Positions 62,771-64,000 of a stretch of 64,000 bases of DNA are shown piece after piece. Within the stretch, counting starts at the first letter, position 1; every line of letters begins with the position of its first letter. Source of the stretch: Ginglymostoma cirratum (taxonomy: Eukaryota); assembly GCA_024137785.1 (NCBI GenBank), contig JAHRHZ010000051.1:12012824-12076823 (forward strand), given 5' to 3'. The notes beneath the pieces are model-generated. The model saw nothing but the letters and a program-made list of their open reading frames with translations. It had not been told where the DNA came from and ran no database searches. The translations under genes and the position numbers were made by a program.

Positions 62771-62890
62771 TTACTCAGCTCTTATTTCTTATTTTACAAA
62801 GTCTGTGCCGGTTGCGAACATCTGGAAGCTTCTCCAATGACAGACAGTGTGTGTCAAGATGGCGTCAGGTAATCTCTCTTGCCCGCTGTC

Positions 62891-63156
62891 ACAGAATCCT
62901 GACAGTGTGGAAGCAGGCCATTTGGCCCATTGGGTCCGCATCAACCCTCCGAAGTGTATCCCACCCGGACTCAAACCCTACCTTATCCCTCTAACCCTGC
63001 ATTTCCTATGGCTAATCCACCTAGTCTGCACATCCCTGGACACTATGGGCCAATCCACCTAGCCTGCACATCCCTGGACACTATGGGCCAAATCCACCTA
63101 GCCTGCACATCCCTGGACTGTGGGAGGAAACCAGAGCACCCAGAGGAAACACATGC
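62891..63156 (-). mobile_element. HE1-type SINE fragment with triplicated ~38-bp internal unit
   Basis: aatccacctag(t/c)ctgcacatccctggacactatgggcc x2 plus a third partial copy at 63014-63118; ends gggaggaaaccagagcacccagaggaaac. Confidence 0.88.
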
Positions 63157-64000
63157 GGTGATGTGGCAATGCATTTAGGTGCAATGCTGTGGTCACTATT
63201 TGGTAACGTCTGGCCTGGTTCGACAGCTTATAGGTGACTGGTAGCCCCTCCCTGAAGTGCTGCTGGACAGTTTTGCTTCTTTTAAAAGGAACGATGACTG
63301 AGTCGTGTCATCAATGCACTGTAAACAATTTGCAACGACAGGCTATTGCTGCTGTGGCTCCATCTGGAGAGAAACAGCTTCTCCCACCAGAGCGAGGCAC
63401 AAGTGCAGAGATCTGTTAAAAACAGTGCAGGATGGACCAGGAGTCCTGTGATGCAGCGTGAAAAATATCCAAGTAACAAGTCTCCCTTGTGAGCCCTTCC
63501 CTTGACGTGGCAGCTGCTTCATTTGTACAAGTTGCAGAATGAAGAAATGCAATTAGCTGGTGACGTTAAGTTTCACTTTAACAGCTACAGTTTGACGGCA
63601 GATGATACAATTCTTCCCAGAATAAAACGCCAGGCACATTTCATAAACTGGTTACAGAAAGCTCCACTCAAAATGGCTGCAGTGCTCTAATAAACAAAAG
63701 GCACCTAATACCATAAACCGAGAAAACATCCATGTCGAAAGCATAGGCCATGATACCGAGGGATCAACTTGGTCAACAAATTATAGCTCATCTTAGGAAC
63801 GGAATCAAAGTTAAATGTATATTCAAGATGTTCTTCTCCATCATTTCCTCAATCCTCCACTGGCTTGCCGGGGCGGGGGGTGCATCCCTTCTATTGTTGA
63901 AGGGGAAACAATGTGGCGGAAGAAAGACAACTCTTAAATATGTTTGACCCCATGGATTCAAAATCAGTCATGCTCTAAGATGATGAACAAATCCACACCT

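Overview
Eukaryotic, CpG-depleted, repeat-rich non-coding DNA, probably a large intron or intergenic stretch. The repeats (HE1-type SINEs, CR1/HER1-type LINEs, Deu-domain SINEs, L2 remnants) point to a shark, probably a carpet shark; this is inferred from recalled repeat consensus, not a search. I found no recognisable host protein-coding exon, RNA gene or CRISPR array, and most ORFs in the track are chance or repeat-derived. The only clear protein homologies are retroelement remnants: CR1, L2 RT and a Penelope-like RT + GIY-YIG. The most interesting signal is a set of Penelope-like element (PLE) derivatives carrying minimal hammerhead-ribozyme motifs (CUGANGA-N-stem II-GAAA-CGUC). One is a 1.56-kb fold-back Penelope with a perfect 15-bp target-site duplication (TSD). 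Four are short palindromic non-coding insertions with ~14-bp TSDs. The rest are solo arms of that family and of two further families. The two-armed copies share an asymmetric 'tail on one arm only' architecture, and in the short copies the inversion/truncation points cluster at the 5' edge of the hammerhead. Three N gaps are present; two sit inside these hairpins. Old-repeat boundaries are approximate (read by eye).
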